Source: Chlorokybus atmophyticus
Taxonomy: Eukaryota > Plantae > Mesostigma and Chlorokybus algae
Direction: 5' to 3'
Assembly (NCBI GenBank): GCA_009103225.1
Contig: RHPI01000671.1
Location: 558,220-622,219, forward strand
Length of the DNA: 64,000 nt
The notes under the pieces are model-generated. The model was not told where the DNA came from, did no database searches, and saw nothing but the letters and a program-made list of their open reading frames with translations. Made by a program: the position numbers and the translations under genes. Shown one piece after another: positions 25,485 to 37,544 of the stretch. Within the stretch, counting starts at the first letter, position 1. The number at the start of each line of letters is the position of its first letter.

Positions 25485-27531
25485 CACACGGATTGACGTT
25501 CAAGGACCATGAATGGTCCGTGACGCAGGACCGGGATTTCCCCCTGCTAAATGAAATCGATGGACCTTGCATGGTCTGTTTTTCATCGACAGTCGGACTA
25601 TTCATGGTCCGAATTTCACGTGAATGGTACCATTGTCCCTTGGTACGCACCACTGAAGGTCCGGCCGATTACGTTGCGTCAGGACCAGGTATGGTCCAGC
25701 CATCGGACCAGGGACAAAATCAATACTTCAATAACTGGTCCGGCCAGCGGACCATCGACCGATATTTGAGATGAAACAATGTAAACATTAGTGCAACTTT
25801 AGTAAAAGTTGAGACATCTTTGCCGGCGGCACCGGCCACGCCCTGCGGCGCAAGAGGCCGCGGTCAGCTCCGCGGAGGTAGTGGAATGATTAGTTAAGAA
25901 CACACGCATCGGCCGGATTCGAACCCGGTACCTTTAGCATATCAAAGACGACGCCCTAACCACTAAGCTACAAGTGCACGTACCGGTGGGGTCGCATGGC
26001 AACCTATATCATGTAGTTTATTGCATGCGCCGACAGCCGCTTGGCGATTGTCGGCGGCATTAATTGCCGATTGACAGTCGGAGATTGTGTGTCACTTTGA
26101 TAGGCCCACTTTGATAGGCTGAGCCTATGCAATTGTAGCATTTATAGGCTGTGTACCAGTTACATGGACGGTGGTAAACTACATACCGGTAGCCGCGAAC
26201 TCGGCGGTTGTCAATACGCCAGTACAATTTGTAGACTTGTTAGGGGCTGTCATTGTGACAATGCTTAGTGATAGTAGCCAAATTGCGACTGTCAATGCAG
26301 CCAGTGTACCTTATCGGGCTGTCGATGATTCTGTGGTCGTATGAGGCTTTATAGGCCATTTATGAGGTTATACAAGTAAGGCTACAAGTCATAACATCTG
26401 ACATTGCTTGCGTTTTCGTTTCGTACAAATCATCAAAACCAAAAATACCATAAACTACGCCTAGCAATGCAACATGCGAACAGCATCAACATATGTATTC
26501 ATGGTATGATGTTAAGTTACGGTTGTGAACATTATGATAATAACCAACGACTTATATATAATGTAATTAACACGCGCAACGCATGGATGTTAATTTGATA
26601 TAATTATTATTTTAGACTATATAATTGTACAGTAATTATAACACATTGTACAATCATATTTTTATACATTATTTAAAATGTATATAGTATTGCATATGAA
26701 AGGTCTAATGCACATGTGTACGCGCATTAATATACTTACAACAATGTATGTACATAAAATAATAGATATGAAGTAATTGCGGCCGCAATACGTCAACAGT
26801 AGTTGCTTGTATACCTTAAGCCTATTCCTACATGCACACACACACACGTATAATTATCAACATATATATACATATGCATATATACATACACATAGATATA
26901 TATATGTGTATATATACACATATATTTATATGTATACACATATCCATTTATACATATATAGGCCACATGTGGACAGCCGCAACTGGTCGGCGGCTGTCAA
27001 GTTAAAATGTACATGGACAGCCGGCTGTCAATATACATTGACAGCCGCCGACCATTTGCGACTGTCCACTTTATGGTAAGCGGCGACAGTCGATGCGGCC
27101 TGTCATTTATTCAATGATGATACACACAATGTACCTATGTACTCGTACATGCAATACGATACTTCAGTTATGGTACACGTGTAGCGCGCCCTGCAGGGCC
27201 GCCAACCAGCAACATTGCTGGTCCATGCCGCCCCATACATGGTGCGGCACGGACCATGCAAGGTGCGCGGCTGCCGGGCCGCTGAGCCGCGGGCCCACTC
27301 CTGGTCCGCATCCAGGAACCAGCGTAGAGTACTGGTCCGTGCCGCACCATACAAGGTGCGGCACGGACCATATGTGGTGCGCGACTGCGCGCCAGGTGTT
27401 GGGGCCCCAAAAGGACCATGGACGGTCCGTCCCTCGCGGACCAGACACTCGTGGTCCGCGGGGACGCACCATGTATGGCCCGCGGGGTCCGTGGAAGGAC
27501 CATGCATGGTCCCCGAACGTCAATCCGTGTG
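25485..27531. mobile_element. Non-autonomous CACTA/CMC-like DNA transposon (~2.05 kb)
   Basis: About 35-bp TIRs (CACACGGATTGACGTTCaaGGACCATGaATGGTCC and its complement, 3 mismatches), a 3-bp TSD GGT (25482-84 and 27532-34), and GGACC/GGTCC-rich subterminal repeats. The paralogous empty site near 42786-42794 lacks the insertion and one GGT. Confidence 0.9.
25906..25977 (-). ncRNA. Degenerate tRNA-like sequence (pseudo-tRNA or SINE head) inside the transposon
   Basis: 72 nt with A box TAGCTTAGTGG and B box GGTTCGAATCC at tRNA spacing. Anticodon, T and acceptor stems are mismatched. Confidence 0.6.
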
Positions 27532-27539
27532 GGTGGTTT

Positions 27540-28130
27540 GGACTTGTGCTGTGCAATGGAGTGTACGTAAGAAAGCACGCACACACTAACATTCAGCACA
27601 AGCTACATGAGGCAGGATGTGGGGATACTGGCGTTGCATAGGTGAGCCAGCAGCGTTTAACGCCTTTTTATCGATTGCCCACATAAATACCAAACCAATG
27701 GTTCGATTGCATATTCGTGCGCGCGGAGTGTCTGGCCTCACGACGTTGACAGCACTTGCGGACGTTGCTGCTTTGACTTTGGGTGCGATTGTGTAGTTGT
27801 GTAGCTAGCCGCGTAGCGCTGTTAGCATGAGTATGACCCCATGGACCATGTTGCCGCCGTAACGTACTGATAGACCGATTGATTGCTCGACTGAATGGAG
27901 GTTGTTGCAACAAACGGCTGCTGGGGTGGCACATGCATGCCGCCAAGCGGATAGCCCCATGCTGTGCTTGCCGGCTAATTATAATAAGCAATCCATGGAG
28001 TATAGATTAAAACCATAAGCTGTGACACTGTGCGTGCAAATGTTGAAGCGCAAGCTCCGCCAGCTCCAACCCTCGCTCAGTGCGTGCCATCACCTATCAG
28101 GCATGCTGGTTGTCATGCAAGCAAACAAAG
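27540..28130 (-). repeat. Duplicated copy of the ABC-F last exon and 3' flank
   Basis: Aligns by eye with 42800-43250, including GCTCCGCCAGCTCCAACC (encodes WLELAE in ABC-F) and GCCCCATGCTGTGCTTG. Confidence 0.8.
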
Positions 28131-28359
28131 CACATGCAGCAGACGAGACCGCATTTATATGTAAGTGAGAAGGGCTTATGTCGCAAAGATGCACAGACCG
28201 TCTGTGCATCTTGCAACACACACGTACGCACACATGTGCACATATACACCGTGGCGCAAACGTGCGTGTGGATAACTGCGTGCGCGCTCGTGTCCAAGAG
28301 TACGCGCATGCATAGATGCCAATAATCGCATGCAAGCAAAGAGATTAAATTACCTTCAT

Positions 28360-29420
28360 CCAATGCACAGAGGGCGCATAAGGTCCTTACACCCGACTGG
28401 ACCACACTGCCAATCGATTGCTCGCATCACATAATTGCACAAGCCAGTGCGCAAGAGACTGCAAGGGCAGCTGCAGTTTGCCGGTGAGTGACTGTCGTGT
28501 AAAACTGCTGACATGGTGTGTGTGAGTGCGCGCGTGCGCGTGCGTGCGTGTGCGTGTGCTGTAGCCACACTCAACTGCTGACCCGTGTTTGCGTTTCACA
28601 GTGGTTAAAAGCCTGATGCGCACGATAATAACCTTTCAAAAGAGTTGTATCAGCTGAACTTGCCACGGAGGGGCGTAATGGCACAATCTCTACAATTTAT
28701 CTCAAGAATGCAGCGGGCATTGCTCGTCATCCGGGTGCATGCACAGTGCCAACACCAGTTGCAGCTATGCTGTCTTTTGTTACAACACTCCCAACACGCC
28801 ACACGCTAGTGGAGGGAAAGTCAAGAATTGGAACTTTGCGGTACAGTCGTTGCCACCCTCTACAGTCATACGAGGGCAACAGCATGTACACACATACATG
28901 CTGCATTGCTGGGACTTGGGACATCAATTAGCGTGGGAGCGCTCGGCTTTGCGAGACTGAGCAAGGCCGGCACTTTGCTGTAATAGTGTGGGACGGTCAG
29001 CTCCTCAAAGTGGATTGTACCTGCTCGTTGGTCGCGGCGTTGAGATTACCAACTTGGATAGCCCTGGCTATGCCTTTTCTTACATGGACAGCACGAGTGT
29101 GGTCATTCATGTAGGTCAGCAACCATACATTGTGAGCGTTCAATCAATGCTTGACTTCTTAACATTAAGGGATTGCTGAATGATGATTCCACGGAAGACA
29201 TCCAGCCTCCGATCCACTGTAATATGACGACGTAATTAAATGGCGGGTTGGAGACAAAGCTAATGCTGTACCCAAAGAGCTATGTTGATGAGCACCGTGC
29301 TTGAACCGTGAACTATTGTCCGTAGCCATCATGGATGATCCACAATGGTGACATGCTGACATTGCCACATGATATCCATGGCGTGACGAGCACAGCATTG
29401 TGCGGGGCCGTCGTGCCTTC
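28360..29420 (+). pseudogene. F-box protein, copy D (inverted orientation, 5' part)
   Basis: PDWTTLPIDCSHHIIAQASAQETARAAAVCR|GTGAGT on the + strand, with degenerate downstream motifs up to GDMLTLPHDIHGVTSTALC. Similarity ends just before the gypsy element. Confidence 0.8.
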
Positions 29421-29633
29421 CCTCATCGTAGCTCGAAATTGTTGTAAACCACCTTACCATGCATGTTCGCATGCTAATGTACATCATGAAACCACGTTAT
29501 GCTGCCTCATGCACCGACTGTCATGACATAGTAGACACACACATGAAAGATGCGTGTCACCACCCTCTGCAGCTGAGCGGCAGCGCCCTCGTGCGCCTTC
29601 AGCTGACTCACACGCTCATCACGTAGACCTTAT

Positions 29634-29768
29634 ACACACCAGGCAGTACCATGCTCCATCAGGGCTCTCCTCTAGTGGTGAACGAAGGCACTCCATGTGC
29701 CAACCGGCAACACACCTGTTGCACAATAGCATGGTGTCCCAGCCTTCTGCTCGACAACACCGTTGACA
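29634..29768 (-). pseudogene. PHD finger at the integrase C-terminus
   Basis: CQRCCRAEGWDTMLLCNRCVAGWHMECLRSPLEESPDGAWYCLVC = C4HC3 with the PxGxWYC hallmark. Confidence 0.92.
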
Positions 29769-30049
29769 ACGCTGGCCCACAATTGGTATCGCCAGAGCCG
29801 GATCCACACTGTCATCCACGCTCGGCAGATGGCAAGGAGCGCAGCTCTTCATATGCTTCTTTGTGGTCCTGGCATCAGCTCCCTCCAATACCAACACAAC
29901 GTTGTTAAGAAGCTTCTTCACACAAAGGATGGTGCGGCTCGCACTCGTATCCAACATGTCCTTGGTCTTTACGCACGTACACAAAGTCCCTAGGCTGAAA
30001 TTTATATAGTCTTGGCTTGTAGAATCCACTCCTCACCCTGGCATAGCGC

Positions 30050-30900
30050 TGCGTGTTTCGGTGTTGCACCACATGCAAGTTGCCAAGTGCAACCGGCATC
30101 ACGCCGAAATAGCTCCACACGCTTCGCCATCTCTCTCTCCCACACATTGGGATCCTCCAAGCCAAGCTCCTGCTCAACCTGTCTCCGGACTGATGTTGCA
30201 GTATGGGCTCTCTCCTATACAACAGCAGGTAGGGCCTGTACGAGCTCAACGCAGCCTGTCGCGTCATGCGATAGCCCATTGTCAGCCATGGCAATGCCAA
30301 GTCCCAATGTCTCTTGTTGTGGTTGAGACATTCTCAAAGCCCCTTCTTCACCTGTACCATTTTTTCACCAAGCCCATTGGCTTGAGGATTTTCCCAAGAA
30401 TCCTTTGATGATCGATGAAGGCTTGCACCAAGAGGTCATTAAACTGGCCAAGAAACTCTGTGCCTTGTTCATTGAGAACCTCGGCACATGCACCGAATCT
30501 GCTTAGTACTTGGTCAAGGAAATCTTTAGCTACAAGCTTGCTGTGCTCTCTTTTGATGGCAGCGCCACGACCTCGACCCACTTTTGGAAGTGTCATATCA
30601 TCACGAGCATGTAGCGGTTGCCTCTCTTGCTGAATGGTAAGTCTCCGGCCAGATCTAGGCTCCACCAATAGCATAGTCGTTGAATACGTAGAGGGTGCAG
30701 CTGTGGGTGCTTGACATTAAAGCTCGCCTTCACCCTGTCGCACTCCACACAGCTTGCAACAACTTCCGCCACGGTAGACTTCATGCCAGCCCGTTCATAT
30801 GCTGATTGCACAACTTGAGGCTGAGTCCACGTGTCCTCTTGACCAAAGTGGCTCATCTTCTCATAAAGCAGCTCCACAAGCGGCTTCCTCTCATGTGGTT
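30050..30900 (-). pseudogene. Gypsy integrase
   Basis: HFG...CVEC zinc-binding region, WSLDLAGDL, NEQGTEFLGQF (D-G-EF-like), YKFQPRDFVYVRK; frameshifted. Confidence 0.85.
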
Positions 30901-31399
30901 GAGGCACAATCCTCACACCTCCATCCGGCATCAAGCGCACTAGGTGGTCTCCCTCCCACCGACAGCGTTGCGCGCGTTGCCACACGCGGTCTCGCGCTGC
31001 CGTGCTGCACCCAGCTTGGAACAGCCCGGTCTTGAGGTGAGCAAGCACTCGTTCATCCCTTCAAATGTCCTTTGAAGCCTCGGCTTCCTCCCCTTCAATG
31101 TCATTGACGGTTGGGGCTGGTGCAACCTCCGAAGGCGGCAATACACCATCGTTGTCGCTCTCTTTAGCTGCATTTGCGCGCGTGGATGCGCATGCTTCCA
31201 CCAAACCCGCTAATACTAGCCAAGAGGCCACACAATAGGCTAAAACCCCAGCCACGGGCATGCCATAGTCATGCCTCGCCTCACTCTCATCCAACAATGA
31301 AGGATTTGGGTTCCTACGCAGCCCATCCGTGTCCATGTTGTTAACAACCAGCTCGGTGTTCAATCTTAAACTCACGCTCTTGCGGTATGAGCGTCCACC

Positions 31400-32625
31400 T
31401 GGCATGCTTCCATATGCGCTTGTCATTGGTCATCAACCACTTCAAGGGCTAGTGGTCAGTAATGAGTGTGAAGGGATGGCCATAAAGGAACGGTCTGAAG
31501 TACATGATGGCCCAAACCACCGCCAAACACTCCCCCTCATAGGAGCTGTAGTTTGTCTCAACGTTGTTATTGCTTCGGCTGCCATATGCCACGACATACT
31601 CCTTCCCATTATCATCCTTTTTTCACAGCCCAATGCATAAACGGCTGCAATCCGTGCGGAGGATGAAGGGATGGTTGTAGTCCGCCCGTCTCAACACCGC
31701 CGCGGTGCATGGCTTTCCTTTAAGAAGCTCAAAGGCACGTATGCACTATTCCAACCAGCACAGGGCCTTCTGCAACAACTCATTCAAGGGCTTTGCAATC
31801 TTGCTATACCCCTCCACGAACCTCCGATAGTAGTTTGCCGAGCCAAGAAAAAAGCCTCGTAGCCGGCTAATGTCCGTTGGTGCAGGCACTTGCATTAAGG
31901 CATCCACCTTTGCTTGCTGCACACAGACGCCATTAGGCACTTTCTCATGGCTGAGAAATGGGATGCGATCAACTCCGAACAAGCACTTCTCCAAGTGGCA
32001 CCTCAAAGTAGTGAGTCATGCCGCTCTCACGCACGCGCTTGAACACGCTCCAAGTGCACGAGATGCCCTCCTCCATTATGTGGCTAACACCAATATGTCA
32101 TCAATTTAGCTCCGTGCAAAGGGTAGACCACGAAGCACACGGTCCATCACACGCTGAAACTTCATAGCTGCGTTTTTCAAGCGGAACGGTATGACCTTTT
32201 AATGGTAGAGCTAGTCGCTCCCAAAACACTGTCTCGCCACCGTCCTTTGGCTTGATGGCAATTGGGTTGAAGCCCTGCCTCAAGTTTATAATGGAGAGAG
32301 AACACCTTGCATTGCCGATGTCATCAAAGATAGCCTCAGGGATAGGCATGCGTCAGCGGTCAGCCTTGGTCTTATCATTCAACGGCCAATCATTACCACA
32401 CATCCTCCTCAAGGTTCAGTTTCCTTGAGCATCCTTTCTTAACGGCAACACCGTCGCCGTCTCGAAGTCCGAGGTTGACTCCTTAATGCGTTCAGCCTCT
32501 AACAAGTTAGCACACATCTCGGCCACAATCTTCTTCTCCAATTTTCTCAGCTGATACTGCCGGCGAAAGATGGGCTCCGGAGAGGTCAACTCAATGTCTA
32601 TTGTGTAGAAGTTGCAAATTCCCAA
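31400..32625 (-). pseudogene. Gypsy reverse transcriptase + RNase H
   Basis: IFRRQYQL, PIPEAIFDDIG...NLRQGF, *IDDILV (YIDD with Y->TAA), KCLFG, FFLGSANYYRRFVEGYSKIAKPLNELL, then RNase H VVAYGSR...NYSSYEGECLAVVWAI...F.LITDH*PLKWL. Confidence 0.92.
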
Positions 32626-32929
32626 CTCCTTGACAGAGTAGGCGAAGCAGTCACGCTTGCGCGCCTGGAACGCTTCGAGTTATTCACGCTCATGCGGTGT
32701 CACATGCTCGCCCATACACCACTTTATGGTCGGTGGCCTTCTCTTGCTTCAAGGCACCATCCACAGCCGTTTTCCTGCCACTTGCAGCTGCCACAGGCAA
32801 AAACGACACCCCCTTACTCTCAACATTATGTACAATCTGCTCCCACCCCCTCGACAAAAGCGCAGGCCCCCGACGCGCTTGCCGTCGCACCGTCACAATG
32901 CTTGCCACCAACTCTTGTGCCGCCAAGCA

Positions 32930-33897
32930 GACAACCATACGCCACACCATATAGTTCTAGTCCATGGCTTGTCCTAGCAGCACACGGCGCTATTGTTCAC
33001 TCAGTCCTGGCGCCGCTGTCGCACCGGACAAAAACCCCATTGCGCTCATCAGCTGGTGGCTCTTTCAACCTGCTGTATCGTGAGTCCTATACCAGCCCTG
33101 GTCCTCCCTTGCGGAATGCATAAGAGCCCGGGTATGTCGCCAATGTCGGCAACGCCGCCATGTCGTGCCCAACCTGATTCACCACCATCTCAGGTGGCCA
33201 CAAGTTTGCTGACTTAGGGCCTGTTGTGCTGTGCACCCATGCTCTAGCACCTGGTTGATTGACAAACCTTGCGATCTAGTATACTCTTTTTGCACCGTCA
33301 AATCGTGGGAAGCAAATCAACCGGTGAGAGGTTTGTCCACTTCACACGCAGCCGATGCGCACGCAAACCATACCGTGCAGCATCCATGCTCAGCTTATGG
33401 CCTAGCACATGTCTCATCAGCTGATATTCTTCTCGCACGCGCTTGCGCTTGTCATCTTCAGCTGGTACATTTATAATAATGTACAATATGAGCTGCTCGC
33501 GACCTTGCTGAATCATGTTAATGACGCGCACTGAACCCAACTCCCAAAACTTTAACAAGCGCGCATCGATTAATCCCTTGCCACGACCAGCCCATGAATG
33601 CCCTTGGCATTCCCACCTCACTACCAGCAAACCCACATGGCCAATAGCTGCCAGATGATGTGGCCCAGCCAAGCAAATGTCTTGCGGCCATGTTCTTTAA
33701 AACCACTTCACCGCACCCTCATGTAGCAGATCTAGATACTTCTTTCAAAGTTAACAACATCCTCACATGATGTTATGCACCTTGTTGTGCCGTTGGCGAA
33801 GGATCCACATAGACGTAGCGCCGCACTTTAATGCCGGTGTTCAACGCGGCCGCAAGCCCACTTGCAAAGCCAACAGCTCCGCCATAACAACTCCCTC
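32930..33897 (-). pseudogene. DNMT3/DRM-like cytosine-5 DNA methyltransferase domain embedded in pol
   Basis: Motif I VVMAEL(F)G.FASGLAAALNTGIKVRRYVYVD (frameshift at ~33872); motif IV LLVVRWECQGHSWAGRGKGL (Cys codon 33607-33609); motif VI YIIINVP (E->I); motif VIII DAARYGLRAHRLRVKWTNL; motifs IX-X DER..MGFLSGATAAPGLSEQ*RRVLLGQAMD. Confidence 0.88.
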
Positions 33898-34343
33898 ATC
33901 GGGGACCTTCCACTCGATGGTGTTGTAAGTGATAGGCGGATGAACAGCTCTCACACCCTCGGGCAGCAACGGCGGCTTCAACGCCAACACATCTTTCATC
34001 CATGCTTGGCTAACCTTGTCTTGAGCCTCTTGTTGCCGCTAAGCACGGTGTTGCGCAGCCATCCAGCTCTTGTGACTGCGTTTGCGCCATATTCACCAGC
34101 TCCAAAGGTCTCCTCTCCTCCATGTGTGTGGAGACACTCTCCCCCTTTTTCACATGGTCATGATACATGTTGGTGCTGCTAGGCTTGGTGAGTCACCAAG
34201 CCATCCCTTGACTGAACGGCGACTCAAGCACGCCCATACAGCAAATATGGAGGTTGGAGTCTTCTCAACATCCCCTTCAAGGAGGCAAGTTGCGTGATGC
34301 TCAACGGGAAGTAGGCCTTCTCACCTCCACCCACACGCCAACG

Positions 34344-34748
34344 TTAACGCGGCCGAAAGAACCCTTGTCTGATCCAATTGTCAACACCAACGCCAATGGG
34401 GAACGAGAAGTCTTGTCCGAGCAGCACATCATACCCACTCGCATCCGTGATGAGGCATCGAACCTCAAAGGACGTGGTAGCACCTTCCAACGCAGTCAAG
34501 TGTATGTCTACCGGCTGCACCGTTGTGCCGCACACGGCCTCCACGGTCCCCGTCCACGTATTAATTATGACAGGGCATGGCTCCCACTCCTTGGGGCTGA
34601 TTCCCATCCCTTTTACAGCTCTAGCACCCAAAATGGCAGGTTGTGCACCTGTATCCACCAAGACAACACCTAGCACGAAGCTGTCTAGGCTGATGTGCCC
34701 GCCTCGGTTGTCCACCATCGCCACATTTGGTGATATCTTCTCTCTCAA
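34344..34748 (-). pseudogene. Gypsy aspartic protease
   Basis: VLVDTGAQPAILG and SGYDVLLGQDF motifs. Confidence 0.9.
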
Positions 34749-35299
34749 GACAGGCCAAGTGGCGGGAAGCTATGCCAACATCCTCCTACACTCCCCACAC
34801 CTTCCTCCAACTTGTTTTCAAGCTGAGTGAGAGAACTCAACGCCGACCCCTCGGACGCCGCCAGCTCCGCGCGCACAGCCATACGGCCCGCTTGCACCAC
34901 CATATCTTCATGAGACTTGCTCACATGGTGATGAGACTTTGTTGAGGCAGTCCTTGAGGTATTCGAGCGCTTTGCAACAGCTCCACTACGTGTTCCTTGC
35001 TGACTACAAGGCCCTTCAAGCAAACAAGCGGCTGCCCGACCAGCTCCGCCGCAGCGCTCTCCAACGGCGCCGTCAACTCCAAGTTATCCTCATTGGCTTG
35101 AGTTGCGGGCTGTTGGGAAAGCATCTTGGCACCCTCCAAAAGTTTTACACACATCTGTAGCAGCTCCTCCACTCTCTTGTGCTCACCACCGCGTCCGACG
35201 CAGACATCATATCGCACCGTTGTCGTAGCTGTCGGCTGCACCTTCGCACCCTCCGAGCGCGAACTCTCTTGCTCCAACGGGGTTGTTGGCAGGAACTTG

Positions 35300-36760
35300 A
35301 ACGACATAAGTATGCGAGCAGCTTGTGCTCGCATTCCAACATATCATGGCATGATCCACACCCTCCTCGCGGACGGGTGCGGCCTCCTCCTCAACCATCC
35401 CAATCGGAGAAGCTGCAGCGTGTCGGCGTGCCGACACTTTTGTCGTTGCAACCGCTGCCACCTTAGTGTCTGCCGGGAGCGCACTATACGCAAGGTAACC
35501 TCCGGAGCTGCTAGGCTTATCCTCCGCTCCTTTTGGGCCATTTCTCTTGCTCGAGCATGCTCTTCAATGATGCATACTCCGCTTGCACTGCCGCCAATGC
35601 CTTTGTCACCTCCAACATTGATGACTCTTTTCTCACACTCGAGTGAGCTCCGATTGCGCCTCCTTGTTGTGGACGCAGCTCCAGATGCTATACTCCAACA
35701 ATTGACATCAACATGCCCGCCCTTCTTGCAATGAGAGCACACAACCTTCTTGCCTTTCCCACAATCCCTTGCAATATGGCCTTCCTCTCTACGCGACAAG
35801 CATTTGGCACCCGACACACCTTCCATTACGCGTTATTGGCGTGCTTGGGCTCCTTCGGCTTCCCATCGGCTGCCTTGCTTGCCGCCGATGTCGCTGTGGG
35901 CTTCAAAGAGCTCTTATCCTCCGAAATCTCAAGCAACTTCAACCCCCGACGCTGCCGGTTAATGTTCTTGAGGTACTCATGCTGAATTTCTACCGTCTCG
36001 GCCACCTTGAAGAGATCCGCAAGTGTGTACATGCCGAACTCGGATTGAGTGGTCAACATGGTCTCCACCTTCAGCCTCAAGTCCGCCTCTAGTTGTTGAA
36101 GATACACAACCGCCGCAATTTAATCTGTCATCACCTTGTGGTCCATGTCTGTTCAGAGCTTGAGCATGCGCGTATACATCATCCTCGCCGTCTCCCTGAC
36201 ATTGCGCTTGAAGAAAACTAAGATCACAAACCTTGGCGGGTGTTGGTTGTGGGTAGATCTTTCTCAAGAGCGCCTTGAACTCAGTCATTGGCTGCTCCTT
36301 CTTCCACTCCGTTTCAAATGCAGCGGGTGCGCCGAGCCGCAACGCCTTCTCCTTCACCTCCAACTGCTCCTTGAACTCTCCTCACGTGCCCCAAGGCTTC
36401 GTCCTTCAAGTACAGAGGCAACATCTTGAAGGCTTTATGCTCGTCCCACCCCGACTTGTCCCGGTATTCCCATTTGACCATCGCTGAGTCGGCACGGTCG
36501 ATGAAGTCCCGTAGGTCCGCCGTGCCAGGCCTCCCACTAAACTTCGGTGTGCTATCAGCTTCAACCATGGTATCCATGGTTGAACCTGAATCAGGCATCA
36601 CTCCACCCTTGTCCTCGATGTTGGACTCCTCGTCACTCGACAACTCCACCGCTTCGGCAAGGCCCCCGTCCACCGGCGTAATCCTTCCTTTCGATGCTCC
36701 TCTCTTTGAGGGCACCATCGATGAGAATGGGTGCCAGTCCTCTCCAGATCTGGTGGGCAT
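35300..36760 (-). pseudogene. Gypsy gag with two zinc knuckles
   Basis: PKFSGRPG...LRDFIDRA...LPLYLKDEA; knuckles CLSRREEGHIARDC (degenerate) and CSHCKKGGHVDVNC at ~35698-35802; frameshifted. Confidence 0.85.
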
Positions 36761-37544
36761 AAACTCATCTGCAACTCGAATTTATCCGGAGCAAACTCAC
36801 TGAGGGTTGGATGCAAGTGAAGGATGCGTGTCACCTTGGAAATGATAGACGAAATGACCACAACTTCACTTGCAATCAGCCGTTCACTTGTGTAGAGCAG
36901 TCTGAACTCAATCCTCACTCAAAGTAAATGCTAAGGCAGCCCATACGGTGCATTAAAGTCGCAACAGTGACCCCCCCCCCCCCTCATGCACAGCAACGCA
37001 CAGCAACGAACACCGTGTGTGTATGCACGTGCCTGCATGTATGGTATACATGCAAGCATGTGCACAAGCATCCGCTCAGCCAAGAACCTCTTCTCAAAGG
37101 TATTGCTTGCACTTCAATAGGCCAACTCGCATCCAACCAACTTAAGAAACAAGCTAGCAAAGCCATATATACCACTGTTGAGCTTAAGCCCAACCAACTC
37201 TCCAACTACCCTAACTGTCAGTCTGCACCAGCATAATAACAGTCGTGATGGCATTGATAAGTGATTATAGAATATTAGGGAAGGCTTTTTCAAACTCATC
37301 CTCTTCAAGTACACTTCAAGACGCATTTCACAACTGAAAACAGCTGCACGGGATACCACGGTAACTCAAATATGAAGTCAGCTCTGTATCTGACCGTAGA
37401 TACGCCTCGAACACACATCCCTCACGTCCATGAGCACCCAATCATACGTATCCAACGAACCCAACACACATACCCTGTAGAATGGCCATGAGAGCCAAGG
37501 TCCCAAGGTCCATCCATGTCACCGACCCGAGGGCTCCATGCACA

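Larger units (their letters stand above)
29560..36833 (-). mobile_element. Ty3/gypsy retrotransposon, degenerate: gag-PR-DNMT-RT-RH-INT-PHD
   Basis: All canonical gypsy domains in gypsy order (see sub-features), with many stops and frameshifts. Full LTRs were not recognised; only an 18-bp direct repeat flanks it. Confidence 0.92.
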
